The position numbers and the translations under genes were made by a program. Of a stretch of 64,000 nt of DNA, positions 29,482 to 38,851 are shown piece by piece (the stretch's first letter is position 1; each line of letters opens with the position of its first letter). The DNA comes from Alphaproteobacteria bacterium. GTDB taxonomy: Bacteria > Pseudomonadota > Alphaproteobacteria > SP197. The stretch covers positions 1,280,001 through 1,344,000 of the forward strand of contig OZ245842.1 in NCBI GenBank assembly GCA_965228895.1. The letters are read 5' to 3'. A model generated the notes under the pieces. The model was not told the DNA's origin, did not search any database, and worked only from the letters and a program-made list of their open reading frames with translations.

Positions 29482-30236
29482 CTGGAGAGGGCGACATCCG
29501 CAAACCCGACGATAGCTATACCGAACCCCGGCTTGCCGCCGTCTACGAGGTCTTGAACCCGGCGGCGGCGGACACGGAATTCTACCTTGGTCTCGCCGGC
29601 GACGTGCCGCTCGACGTTCTGGACATGGGCTGCGGCACCGGGATTCTGGCAGACGCCCTGGCAGCGCGTGGTCACAGGGTGACCGGTGCCGATCCGGCCG
29701 AAGCCATGTTGGCGATCGCGCGCAGGCGGCCAGGTGGTAATCAGGTGACCTGGGTCCACGCGGATGCTGCAAGCCTGAAGCTCGAAACGCGGTTCGACCT
29801 CATCATCATGACCGGGCATGTCTTCCAGGTCTTCGTGACCGATGACGATGTTCGGACTGCCTTGGAGACACTTCGACGCCATCTCGCGCCCGGCGGCCGG
29901 TTAGCCTTCGAAACACGCAATCCGCTGGTGCGTGCGTGGCAATCATGGACGCCGGAAGAGACACATGTCCGCACCGAGGTTCCTGAACTCGGCAGTGTCG
30001 AAGTCCATCACGACGTCAAGCTGGTCGACCTGCCGCGCGTTACGTTCGACACCTGTTTCCGATTTGCCGACGGTGACACCATGTCGGCGTCGAGTACCCT
30101 GCGCTTCACGAGCCAAGATGAACTTTCTGGTTTTCTTGAGGAAGCCGGGTTTGAGGTGGCGATCTGGTACGGCAATTGGGATCGCTCTCCGGTTGCCGCG
30201 ACCAGTCCGGAACTCATCGCCATCGCCAGCGCGTAA
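29478..30236 (+). CDS. Class I SAM-dependent methyltransferase
   Basis: VLDMGCGTG, FDLIIMTGHVFQ, LAPGG; the TTG start overlaps the SDR stop. Confidence 0.88.
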   Translation: MTGEGDIRKPDDSYTEPRLAAVYEVLNPAAADTEFYLGLAGDVPLDVLDMGCGTGILADALAARGHRVTGADPAEAMLAIARRRPGGNQVTWVHADAASLKLETRFDLIIMTGHVFQVFVTDDDVRTALETLRRHLAPGGRLAFETRNPLVRAWQSWTPEETHVRTEVPELGSVEVHHDVKLVDLPRVTFDTCFRFADGDTMSASSTLRFTSQDELSGFLEEAGFEVAIWYGNWDRSPVAATSPELIAIASA

Positions 30237-30255
30237 ACAGCAGTCGGCGAACGCC

Positions 30256-30699
30256 TTAACGCAAAGGCATCGTATAGGTCGTCGCCGAACCCACGACGCA
30301 TTCGTCGCCATCGGCATCGCAAATCACCGTCTTGAGCTGGCAGATCGGTTTGTCGTCACGCACCGATTCCACAACGACGGATGCGGTGATCGTCTCGCCG
30401 ACCTTGACGGCTTTCAGGAATTTCCAGTTTGTCTCCAGAAATACGGTGCCGGGACCGGGCAGATCTTCAGCGACCACCGCATTGAGCAATCCCGTCGTTA
30501 CGCCGCCCTGGACGATCAGGCCGCCGAACGGCGTGGCCTTGGCAAGCGCCTCGTCATAATGGATTGGGTTCTTGTCACCGGTCATCGCGGTGAACATCTC
30601 GACGTCCTGCATGGATGTTGTCCGGCTTCGCTGGGCGGTCGCGCCCTGTTGCGGTTGACCGGCGATGGTTCGTTGCCACAGTGAGTCGGGTTTGGTCAT
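30256..30699 (-). CDS. MaoC-like hotdog-fold dehydratase
   Basis: TGDKNPIHYD, IVQGG, LPGPG; start placed at MTKPDS. Confidence 0.88.
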   Translation of the reverse strand: MTKPDSLWQRTIAGQPQQGATAQRSRTTSMQDVEMFTAMTGDKNPIHYDEALAKATPFGGLIVQGGVTTGLLNAVVAEDLPGPGTVFLETNWKFLKAVKVGETITASVVVESVRDDKPICQLKTVICDADGDECVVGSATTYTMPLR

Positions 30700-30710
30700 C
30701 GTTGTGATCC

Positions 30711-31883
30711 TCAGGCAGCCAGGGCGTTGCGTTTTGAGAAACCGGCGACGTGGTTTGCCTCCGCGTTCATCGCATGGCTCAGCCGGACGTGATGGTCTTT
30801 TATGTCGTCGAGGCTCCACGTGAAAGACGCGATAACATCGGTCACATCCAACAGCGGTCTGGACAGGGTGTCTCGCTCATCCTGATAGTCTGCGAAAGCC
30901 TGATCGCTGCCGCTCAGCACCGCGCGGGTCAGGATTTCGGCGTCGCGCAGTGCATCCGTGATGCCGTGGGCGGTCAGCGGATCCTTGAAGTAACCGGCAT
31001 CGCCGACCAACGCCCAGCCAGGCCCGTGTGATTCCCGGAGATAGCCAGCACCACCGCCAAAGCCGCGCAGGCGGCTGACGGGCTTTGCCTTGACGATCGC
31101 GTCTTTCAGGGCCGGCCCGTTGGCTTCCGCCATCGCCAGAAAACCGCCTTCCAGGTTCTTGCGGAACGTCGCGGCGAACCGATCGCGCGGCACACTGACA
31201 AAGACACAGTGGTGGTGATCGTTGGTCGGAATGACGCCGGCGGCTGTGTCGTGCTCGAAATACCAATGCGTACCGTCATCCGGCAGTCCGGCGTAGTAAC
31301 CGTAGACATAGCCGGATGCGTGAGAGCCCTGGACGTAGGCCGATGCCTTGACCCGCCGCGCCACCGTCGACAGGCGGCCATCGGCACCGATGACGATGTC
31401 GCAGCCGACCGCGATTACGCAGTCGTTCGTATCCTTCAACGTCACGCCGCATACGCGCCCGTCTACGCCGAGATTGAGATCCGTCACCGACACACCATGA
31501 CGGATGTCGACACCGGCCCGTCTGGCCGCGTCAACCAGGATGCGATCGAGTACCGCACGGCGAGGTGCGCAAAGAAAGTCGACGTCGTGCTCGGGTTTGA
31601 TGTCGATGCGGGTGGACTCATCGCCATAGTGAAACGTCGTAACCTTAATCTCCGGCGTTCCCGCGGCCAGCAGGGTGGGTAGCAGGCCCCAACGTTTCAG
31701 TTGCAGCACGCCGGCGCGCATCAGGGCGTGGGTCGATACGGTATCTGACCCATAGAGCTGGCGGTCGACCAGCAGGACCCGTGCGCCTGCGCGCGCCAGC
31801 AACATCGCGGTGGAAGCGCCGGCGCAGCGGGCACCGACAACCACGACGTCGTAGCGCGGTCGAAGGTTTGCTGGGTCGGTCAT
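30711..31883 (-). CDS. FAD-dependent oxidoreductase (geranylgeranyl reductase/halogenase-like fold)
   Basis: DVVVVGARCAG, IGADG, GWALVGDAGYFKDP. Confidence 0.88.
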   Translation of the reverse strand: MTDPANLRPRYDVVVVGARCAGASTAMLLARAGARVLLVDRQLYGSDTVSTHALMRAGVLQLKRWGLLPTLLAAGTPEIKVTTFHYGDESTRIDIKPEHDVDFLCAPRRAVLDRILVDAARRAGVDIRHGVSVTDLNLGVDGRVCGVTLKDTNDCVIAVGCDIVIGADGRLSTVARRVKASAYVQGSHASGYVYGYYAGLPDDGTHWYFEHDTAAGVIPTNDHHHCVFVSVPRDRFAATFRKNLEGGFLAMAEANGPALKDAIVKAKPVSRLRGFGGGAGYLRESHGPGWALVGDAGYFKDPLTAHGITDALRDAEILTRAVLSGSDQAFADYQDERDTLSRPLLDVTDVIASFTWSLDDIKDHHVRLSHAMNAEANHVAGFSKRNALAA

Positions 31884-33121
31884 GCCGCGGTCTGGTGCAG
31901 GCTGGCGCAAAGATGGTCCGCAAGATCGCGGGCATCATCGCCGGCGCCATCGATGAAGGACGACTTGCGGCGGCGCAGGAACGGCAATCCCATCACATAC
32001 ATGCCGGGCGCATCGACGACACCGCCGTCGTGGCGGATGCGCCCCTTACGGTCGAACACCGGTACGTCGAGCCAGGAGTAGTCGGATCGGTAACCGGTCG
32101 CCCATATCACGGTCTTGATGCTGCCGTCGGCGAGGTTCCGCCGCAGCGGCGGTTCGGCGTCGACCTGGGTCGGCGCGAAGCGGTGCGCCGGATCGACCTC
32201 ACTCGCCATGCCGTTTTCCAACGCCCACAGATCGATGCTGTCGAGCAGCCGGTTCATCTTGAGGTCGGCCAGAGCGCATTGGTTGTTCAGCGCACCCGAG
32301 AACTGCGCATAACCGTCGCTGATGCCGGCCAAGCGGCCGACGATGGCCACACCGTGGGTGCGTAGCGCGTTGAGATCAAGCGTCGCGCGCTCGGGCGAAC
32401 CGATTAGTTGCAGGGAGGGCACGCGCCGGGCGCGCCTGATGTCATCGACCTCGGTGTAGTGCATGTCCATGACGCCAACCGCATCCATCCACCACTTGAT
32501 GTCGCGTCCCCGATAAAGGCGCGGCACGCGCACATGCTCGCCGACTGACAACACGACCTGCCGGCCGGACGCTTGTATCTCTTTGGCCAGTTGAACGCCG
32601 GTGGCCGACGCGCCGACGACCATGACACCACCCTCGTCCAATTGGCCGGGGTTCTTGTAGTCCATCGGCGTGATGCTTCTGATCGTCCGGGGCAGGGCGC
32701 TGGCGCAACCCGGCACGGTCGCCACGTTGCAGGCGCCGTTCGCCAGGACAAGTGTTCGGCAAGACCAGTCGCCGCGATCCGTCATGATCGCATAACCGGC
32801 ATCAGATGGGCGCACGGATGTCACGGTCGTGCCGGTCTGGACGGGTGCGGCGATAAGGTTCGCATAGTCCTGCACGAACCGATGAACGTCCGGCATGGTC
32901 ATGTAGCCATCCGGATCGTCGCCGTCATAAGCGTAGCCGGGAAGCCGGCTTTGCCAATTGGGCGTCAAAAGCCGCAGGGAGTCCCAGCGTTCGTGACGCC
33001 ATGCATGACCGACCTCGCCGCGCTCGATCAACACGTGGTCGATCGAGCGGTCGGCGAGCTCTTTACTGAAAGCGAGCCCGGATTGTCCGGCGCCGATAAT
33101 GACGGTCGTAACGTGCTTCAC
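31880..33121 (-). CDS. FMO/CzcO-like flavin-dependent oxidoreductase
   Basis: IGAGQSG, RWDSLRLLTPNW, second Rossmann VGASATG, WATGY. Confidence 0.88.
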   Translation of the reverse strand: MKHVTTVIIGAGQSGLAFSKELADRSIDHVLIERGEVGHAWRHERWDSLRLLTPNWQSRLPGYAYDGDDPDGYMTMPDVHRFVQDYANLIAAPVQTGTTVTSVRPSDAGYAIMTDRGDWSCRTLVLANGACNVATVPGCASALPRTIRSITPMDYKNPGQLDEGGVMVVGASATGVQLAKEIQASGRQVVLSVGEHVRVPRLYRGRDIKWWMDAVGVMDMHYTEVDDIRRARRVPSLQLIGSPERATLDLNALRTHGVAIVGRLAGISDGYAQFSGALNNQCALADLKMNRLLDSIDLWALENGMASEVDPAHRFAPTQVDAEPPLRRNLADGSIKTVIWATGYRSDYSWLDVPVFDRKGRIRHDGGVVDAPGMYVMGLPFLRRRKSSFIDGAGDDARDLADHLCASLHQTAA

Positions 33122-33141
33122 GGGCCCGCTCTCGCTACTGA

Positions 33142-33708
33142 CTATTTGTTGACGGTGACGAAGACGTTGGTCGGGTTCGTCACGATGTCGAACACGGCCG
33201 AACGTTTCTGAGACTGGGCGACCAGCGCCTTGATGTCCTCGTCGCTGGCATCGGCGTCGATGTCGAAATTGACGCGAATGGTGCCGAAACCGTTGCGCAC
33301 CTCATCGTCGATGCCAAGGATGCCCTGAAGGTCCATGTCGCCTTCCAAGGTTGCCTTAACCGACTTCAACTGGATGCCACGGTGCTGGGCAACGGCCGCG
33401 ACACCGGCGGTCAAGCAGCTCGCCAGGCCGGACAGGACGATCTCGACGGGCGTTGCCGCATAGTCTTCGGAGGCGAACACCTCGGGGTGGTCGGCTTCGA
33501 TGGTGAAGGACTTGTTGCGCGCCTGTTCCTGGCCAAGGCCAAAGAATTCGCTGATGGTCGAGCGGCTGTGCGTGCCGTTGAGCCATTCGCATGTGGCGCG
33601 CCATTTGAACTGCGCGGCTTCCGGTGCGGCTTCAAGGGCCTCGCGGGCGCCAAGGAGCGCTTCAACGTTGACGCCATTGTTGACGTCGGCGGTGGTGGTC
33701 TGAGTCAT
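33142..33708 (-). CDS. OsmC-like protein (long form, one conserved Cys)
   Basis: NGVNV, ADHP, TPVE..LSGLASCLTAG, RGI, GILG, QKRSAVFD. Confidence 0.88.
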   Translation of the reverse strand: MTQTTTADVNNGVNVEALLGAREALEAAPEAAQFKWRATCEWLNGTHSRSTISEFFGLGQEQARNKSFTIEADHPEVFASEDYAATPVEIVLSGLASCLTAGVAAVAQHRGIQLKSVKATLEGDMDLQGILGIDDEVRNGFGTIRVNFDIDADASDEDIKALVAQSQKRSAVFDIVTNPTNVFVTVNK

Positions 33709-34010
33709 GATTTTCCCCTTCTCAAAGTCTGATGATGGTTGATGCTATCTGCCGTGTGCGCATCCGGGCGACCGCCCGACAGCACACTCACGTAAACCTT
33801 CATGTTCTTAAGGAACCCTCTTTGCTGGCGTGTCAGCGCAGCAGCCTCCAACAGGCTGGAAGGTGGGCGTCGAATGCATCACTTTGATTTCGCGTGAACC
33901 CAAAAAAGGTTTCATTTGTTTCGAGATGCCCACGATTTCGTGAGGTAGACGATGCCTGCCCCTGGGGTCGGCGCCCGAACCATGCCGCTTGATTGGCGGT
34001 CTCGGGCCGC

Positions 34011-34125
34011 CTGGAGCAGATCCTGTTTTGATGGAATCGCTTCGCGATAGCATCAAGGCCGGTGAATCTGCTCTACTCATAGGTGTAACCGCGAAACGGT
34101 TCCATCTCACCATGATCCGCTCTAG
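34011..34125. repeat. Alphaproteobacterial palindromic intergenic repeat (two hairpin units)
   Basis: GAGCAGAT..TTGATG..ATCGC-TTC-GCGAT..CATCAA..ATCTGCTC, then AACCG-CGAAA-CGGTT..GATCCGCTCTAG. It resembles CIR/BRU-RS/motif C-type elements. Confidence 0.65.
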
Positions 34126-34160
34126 CGTTCTGCCCGTCCCATCTCCCGAAGCAGGTTTCC

Positions 34161-36227
34161 GTGAAACGCATCGATCATTGGCTGACGCCGCTTCTGACGC
34201 CGCGCTCTGTCGCCCTTGTCGGCGCCTCGCGCACGGTGTCGTCGATTATGACGACCCTGAATGCGCTGGGCTTCGAGGGCCCGATCTATCCGGTCAACCC
34301 GCGCCGCGACGAGATCGACGGCGTCGCCTGCCATCCCTCCCTCGTGGATCTCCCGGAGCCGGTGGACCTCGCCGTGCTGGCGGTCGCCGACGAGCGGCTC
34401 GAGGAACAGCTCGGACTGGCCATTAAGAGCGGGGCGCGGGCGGCCTCGATCTTCGCAAGCTGTGTGATCGACGAGGAGGCCGAGGTCCCGTTGGCCGAAC
34501 GCCTGACGGCCATGGCGAGGGAGGCCAACCTGCCGATCTCCGGCGGCAACTCCATGGGTTTCTGCAACTACGAAGCCGGCATTCGCATCAATTCCTTTCC
34601 GTTCAGCGACCGCGCGCCCGGCGCCATGACGTTCCTGTCGCAATCGGGCTCCGTGTTTGGCGCGTTCACCAACAACAACCCGCGTCTCGATCTCAATCTT
34701 GCCGTGTCGTGCGGGCGCGAATTGACGGTAAGCGCCGCCGACTACATGGACTACGTGCTTGAGCTCGAGTCGACCGAGGTTATTGGCCTGTTCCTGGAGA
34801 CCATCCGCGACCCCGACGGTTTTGTTGCCGCGTTGCAAAAGGCTGAGCAACGGGGCGTGCCGGTGGTGGCGGTCAAGGCCGGCCGGACCGAGAAGGCGGC
34901 GAAGATGGCGGTGAGCCACTCCGGCGCGCTGGCCGGTAACGATATGGCCCATGACGCGGTCTTCCGCCGTTACGGGCTGCTCCGTGTCGACACACTCGAC
35001 GAGTTGGCGGCCTCGATGCTGATGATGCGGGCTGGGCGTCCGACGGGGCCGGGTGAACTCGCAACCATCCATGAATCCGGCGGCGAGCGTGAGCTCATCG
35101 TTGATCTGGCCGAGGAACTGGGTGTTCCCTTCGCCGAGATCAACGAAACGACCGTCGCGCGGCTTGCCGAGCGCCTGGATTTCGGCCTGGCGCCGGAAAA
35201 CCCCTGCGACGCCTTTGGCACCGGCCACGACTTCGACGGCATGTTGCGCGATTGTTTTCAGGCGTTGGTCGATGACCCGCAGACGGCGCTCGGCGTCTTC
35301 TTCCTCGATCTCAATCAGGACAATTGGTACAGCCCGGCTTGTGCCGCCGCGTGCATGGCGGTGCGCAACAACACGACCAAGCCGGTCGTGCTCGCGACCA
35401 ACTACAGCGCCGTCGATCATCACACGCTCGCCGCCGAGTTGACGGCCGACGGCTTGCCCGTCTTGGATGGCACCGTCGCGGCGCTCAAGGCCGTGCGCCA
35501 TGCCTTCCACCTGCGCGACTGGCGCGAACGGCCCCGTGACATGCCGGAACCGGTCGACGTCGCGGTCAGGGAACGCTGGCGGGCGCGCCTATCCACCGGT
35601 GAACCGTTCGATGAGGCTGAAGGGCTAGCGCTGCTCACCGACTACGACATCGGCGTACCAGAAAGCCGGATTGCCACCACCAAACACGAGGCGGAGGAGG
35701 CGGCCAACAGCTTCGGCTTCCCGGTGGTGATGAAGACAGCGATGCCGGACATCCACCACAAGAGCGATGTCGGCGGCGTTGTGCTTGGTATTACAGACGT
35801 CATCGCGTTGCGCGCGGCTTATGACGACCTCGCCGAACGCCTGGGTCCGCGCGTGCTGGTCGAACCGATGATAAGCGGTGGTGTCGAGCTGGTGCTGGGC
35901 GTCACCATCGATCCGCAGTTCGGACCGATGGTGCTGGTCGGCGCCGGCGGCGTGCTGGTCGAGGTCATGGGCGATGTCGCTGCCTTGGTCGCCCCGGCGC
36001 CCGCCTGGGAGGTGCGCCGGGTGATCGACGGCCTTGCCGTACGCAAGCTGCTCGACGGCGTGCGCGGCGGCCCGCCGCTCGATGCCGAGGCGGCGGTCGA
36101 CGCGGTGGTGCGGTTGTCGATACTCGCAGCCGATCTCGGCGACCTCCTGCAGGAGCTCGACGTCAATCCGCTCCTGGTGCGCGAGGAAGGGGCGGTCGCC
36201 CTGGATGCCCTGGTGGTGCCGGGTTAG
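34161..36227 (+). CDS. Acetate-CoA ligase (ADP-forming) family acyl-CoA synthetase
   Basis: PRSVALVGAS, YPVNP, SQSG, AVSHSGALAG (phospho-His), HKSDVGGV, ELDVNPL. Confidence 0.92.
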   Translation: MKRIDHWLTPLLTPRSVALVGASRTVSSIMTTLNALGFEGPIYPVNPRRDEIDGVACHPSLVDLPEPVDLAVLAVADERLEEQLGLAIKSGARAASIFASCVIDEEAEVPLAERLTAMAREANLPISGGNSMGFCNYEAGIRINSFPFSDRAPGAMTFLSQSGSVFGAFTNNNPRLDLNLAVSCGRELTVSAADYMDYVLELESTEVIGLFLETIRDPDGFVAALQKAEQRGVPVVAVKAGRTEKAAKMAVSHSGALAGNDMAHDAVFRRYGLLRVDTLDELAASMLMMRAGRPTGPGELATIHESGGERELIVDLAEELGVPFAEINETTVARLAERLDFGLAPENPCDAFGTGHDFDGMLRDCFQALVDDPQTALGVFFLDLNQDNWYSPACAAACMAVRNNTTKPVVLATNYSAVDHHTLAAELTADGLPVLDGTVAALKAVRHAFHLRDWRERPRDMPEPVDVAVRERWRARLSTGEPFDEAEGLALLTDYDIGVPESRIATTKHEAEEAANSFGFPVVMKTAMPDIHHKSDVGGVVLGITDVIALRAAYDDLAERLGPRVLVEPMISGGVELVLGVTIDPQFGPMVLVGAGGVLVEVMGDVAALVAPAPAWEVRRVIDGLAVRKLLDGVRGGPPLDAEAAVDAVVRLSILAADLGDLLQELDVNPLLVREEGAVALDALVVPG

Positions 36228-36317
36228 ACCCAACGAGTCGCTGGATTCAGCGTGGCGTTGCAGAGTGTGCTCGCTGTTCCCGCTGGGATAGGTGCGCTGG
36301 CCGACCGGAACATCCGT

Positions 36318-36332
36318 GTTCTTTCTTTGTTT
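36318..36332 (+). promoter_or_regulatory. Distal alphaproteobacterial LexA box
   Basis: GTTC-TTTCTTT-GTTT. Confidence 0.5.
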
Positions 36333-36467
36333 GTCACGATGATGTCAGCATAAGGTCGTCGGTGTCATCTTAGATGTCCTCCTTTCTATTTGTTTTTAAT
36401 GGGGAAATCCGTTTCGTATGCTGATTTCCGGATAACCTGCGGGCATCGGGCAAGACCTTTCACCGGC

Positions 36468-36505
36468 TTGACAATGTCACCATAGAATGAGAACAAAAAG
36501 TGAAT
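36468..36505 (+). promoter_or_regulatory. imuA promoter: -35 TTGACA with a LexA box over the -10 region
   Basis: TTGACA at 36468; 17 bp later GAAC-AAAAAGT-GAAT at 36491-36505. Confidence 0.8.
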
Positions 36506-36527
36506 AAAAGACTGATCGAGGCTATCC

Positions 36528-37364
36528 ATGACGGTGCGGGCGGTGCTCCGTGACGACGATCGAAGGCAGCAGACGCTTGCCGCGCTCAGGGCGTGTCTGG
36601 CCGAGGTCGAGACGACGGCGCAGGCGGGGCCGTCGGCCGGGCGTTGGACCTTCGGTGATCAGACGCTCGATGACACGTTTGCCGGTGATGTTCTGTTGCG
36701 TGACCGCCTGCATGAGGTGAGACCCGCGGCCTTTGGCGACGGCGCGGCGGCGGCCGGGTTTGCCGTAGCGCTTTGTTTGCGTCTGCAGCGGGCCTGCGGG
36801 CCGGGCTTCGTCCTGTGGTGCGACCGCTTCGCCGGCATGCGCCAGGCGGGCGCGCTTTATGGCCCGGGCCTCGTCGACCTGGGTCTTGATCCCGGCCGCC
36901 TGATCCATGTCGCCCTGCGCCGCGACATCGATGTCTTCTGGGCGATGGAGGAGGGGTTGCGCAGCCGCGCGCCGGTCGCCGTCGTCGGCGAGGTCGCAGA
37001 AGCGGACCTGACCGCAAGCCGACGTCTGAGCTTGGCCGCTCAGGAAACCGGCATCACGCCGTTCCTGATCCGTGGCGCCGCCGATCAAAGCGCCAGCGCC
37101 GCCTGGACCCGCTGGGCGGTCGCCGCGGCGCCCAGCGCGGCGGATCAATTTGAACCCCGTGCGCCCGGACGCACGCGATGGCAGATCGAACTGTTGCGCT
37201 CGCGCGCCGGGGCGCGCCCGCAAAGCTGGACCCTGGAATGGTCGCATGAGACGCATCGTTTCGCTGTGGCTGCCGGCCTGGCCGATCGAACGCTGGCGCC
37301 GCGCGCTTCTGCGGCGCCGGGCGTTATCGCGCCCTTCGCCGCCGGCCAGCGCCGGACCGCGTAA
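36528..37364 (+). CDS. imuA: ImuA
   Basis: LHEV, LYGPGL, WAMEEGLRS, SRRLSLAA, AAWTRW; first gene of the cassette. Confidence 0.9.
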   Translation: MTVRAVLRDDDRRQQTLAALRACLAEVETTAQAGPSAGRWTFGDQTLDDTFAGDVLLRDRLHEVRPAAFGDGAAAAGFAVALCLRLQRACGPGFVLWCDRFAGMRQAGALYGPGLVDLGLDPGRLIHVALRRDIDVFWAMEEGLRSRAPVAVVGEVAEADLTASRRLSLAAQETGITPFLIRGAADQSASAAWTRWAVAAAPSAADQFEPRAPGRTRWQIELLRSRAGARPQSWTLEWSHETHRFAVAAGLADRTLAPRASAAPGVIAPFAAGQRRTA

Positions 37365-38844
37365 GCCCTTTGTCCTCGTCCGCAAACAGGCTCAAGGGCT
37401 GCGCCTCTACGCGGTCAACGCGCCGGCCGCCAGCGACGGCCTCACGCCGGGCATGGCGCTCAGCGACGCGCGCGCCATCGTGCCGGATTTGGCCAGCGCG
37501 CCCGCCGACCTCGCCGCCGACCGGCGCGCGCTCAACCGGCTGGCCCGTTGGTGCAGCCGCTACAGTCCCTGGGTCGCGGTCGATCTCAGCCATGACGAGG
37601 AACCGGACGGCATCTGGATCGACACGACCGGCTGCGACCACCTGTTCGGCGGCGAGGCGGCGATGCTACAGGACATGAACGAACGTCTGGCAAAGGCCGA
37701 CATCACCGCGCGCCTGGGTCTGGCCGCGACGCCGGGCGCGGCCTGGGCCATCGCGCGTCATGGCGGTGAAGCCATCGTGGGGGACAACGACAGCAAGGCC
37801 GCGTTGGCGCACCTGCGGGTCGAAGGCTTGCGTCTCTCCCGGGACGTCAGCGCCGACCTCCACCGGTTCGGGCTGCGCCGTATCGGCGATCTCTACGATC
37901 TCCCGCGCGACGCGCTCTACCGCCGTTTCGATGCCCGCGACAGCGCTCAGGCGGTGATGCGCCGCCTGGACCAGGCGCTCGGCAAGGTCGAGGAGCCGAT
38001 CGTACCCATGGCCATGCCGCCGGTCCTGCGCGTCAGCCGCAACTGTGCCGAGCCGATCTTCGACCTGCCGGTGATCGAGCGGGTGCTGGCCGAGTTGCTG
38101 GACGATCTGATGCCGGCGCTGGAAGAACGTCAGCAAGGTGCGCGCACGCTTGTTTTCACCGCCTACCGGGTCGACGGCACGGTCTTCCCGCTGACCGTCG
38201 CGACCTCGGTACCGAGCCGCGACACCCGCCATTTCCAGCGTCTGTTTGCCGAGCGCCTGGAGACGATCGATCCCGGCTTCGGTATCGATCTTCTGGTGCT
38301 TGGCGTCGGCCGTGCGGAGGCCATGACACCGCGTCAGAAATCCTGGTCGTTGGCTGACCATAACGTACCCGAACGTCGTTCCCTTGCGCCCCTGATCGAT
38401 CGCCTGATCAACCGCTTCGGGCCGGACCGTGTGCTGTGGCGCGAGCCCTATGAAAGCCACATCCCCGAGCGCGCCGAGCGGCGCCGTTCGGCGCTGGCCG
38501 GTACACCATGCGAGGATCTGGTCTGGCCGACGGATCGCCCGCCGCGTCCCTTACGCCTGTTCGACCAGCCCGAAAGCGTCGAGGTCATGGCCGAGGTGCC
38601 GGACGGCCCGCCGATCCGCTTCCGTTGGCGCCGGCAGATCCATGACGTCAAACGCGCCGAGGGGCCCGAACGGATCGGCCCGGAATGGTGGGCAAAGAAC
38701 GAGCCCGGCGCACGCGGCACCCGCGACTATTTCCGGGTCGAGGACGAAACCGGCCGGCGTTTCTGGCTCTACCGCGATGGCCTTTACGAGGGCGAGGCGC
38801 GGGACGGGCCGCCGCGCTGGTATGTGCACGGATTGTTTGCCTGA
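37246..38844 (+). CDS. imuB: ImuB (inactive Y-family polymerase)
   Basis: MRRIVSLWLP, GCDHLFGGE, DPGFGID, GPERIGPEWW, RDYFRVED, WYVHGLFA. Confidence 0.93.
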   Translation: MRRIVSLWLPAWPIERWRRALLRRRALSRPSPPASAGPRKPFVLVRKQAQGLRLYAVNAPAASDGLTPGMALSDARAIVPDLASAPADLAADRRALNRLARWCSRYSPWVAVDLSHDEEPDGIWIDTTGCDHLFGGEAAMLQDMNERLAKADITARLGLAATPGAAWAIARHGGEAIVGDNDSKAALAHLRVEGLRLSRDVSADLHRFGLRRIGDLYDLPRDALYRRFDARDSAQAVMRRLDQALGKVEEPIVPMAMPPVLRVSRNCAEPIFDLPVIERVLAELLDDLMPALEERQQGARTLVFTAYRVDGTVFPLTVATSVPSRDTRHFQRLFAERLETIDPGFGIDLLVLGVGRAEAMTPRQKSWSLADHNVPERRSLAPLIDRLINRFGPDRVLWREPYESHIPERAERRRSALAGTPCEDLVWPTDRPPRPLRLFDQPESVEVMAEVPDGPPIRFRWRRQIHDVKRAEGPERIGPEWWAKNEPGARGTRDYFRVEDETGRRFWLYRDGLYEGEARDGPPRWYVHGLFA

Positions 38845-38851
38845 GGTCGCC

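Noticed and set aside
33940-34016. ZTP or other riboswitch, suggested by TGATTGGCG and CGCCTGG
   Set aside because: The order and spacing of elements do not fit the consensus as I recall it; kept only as an unexplained hairpin.
35625-36368. Selenocysteine read-through of the TGC-TGA in the micro-ORF into the 202-aa antisense ORF
   Set aside because: The downstream frame is simply antisense to the acyl-CoA ligase, and I saw no recognisable SECIS or selenoprotein motif.
38429-38851. N-terminal extensions in the ORF track (dnaE2, imuB, phnI, phnG, phnD, Rieske 53427 and others)
   Set aside because: They overlap upstream genes or promoters; family-typical N-termini and RBSs indicate the downstream starts.
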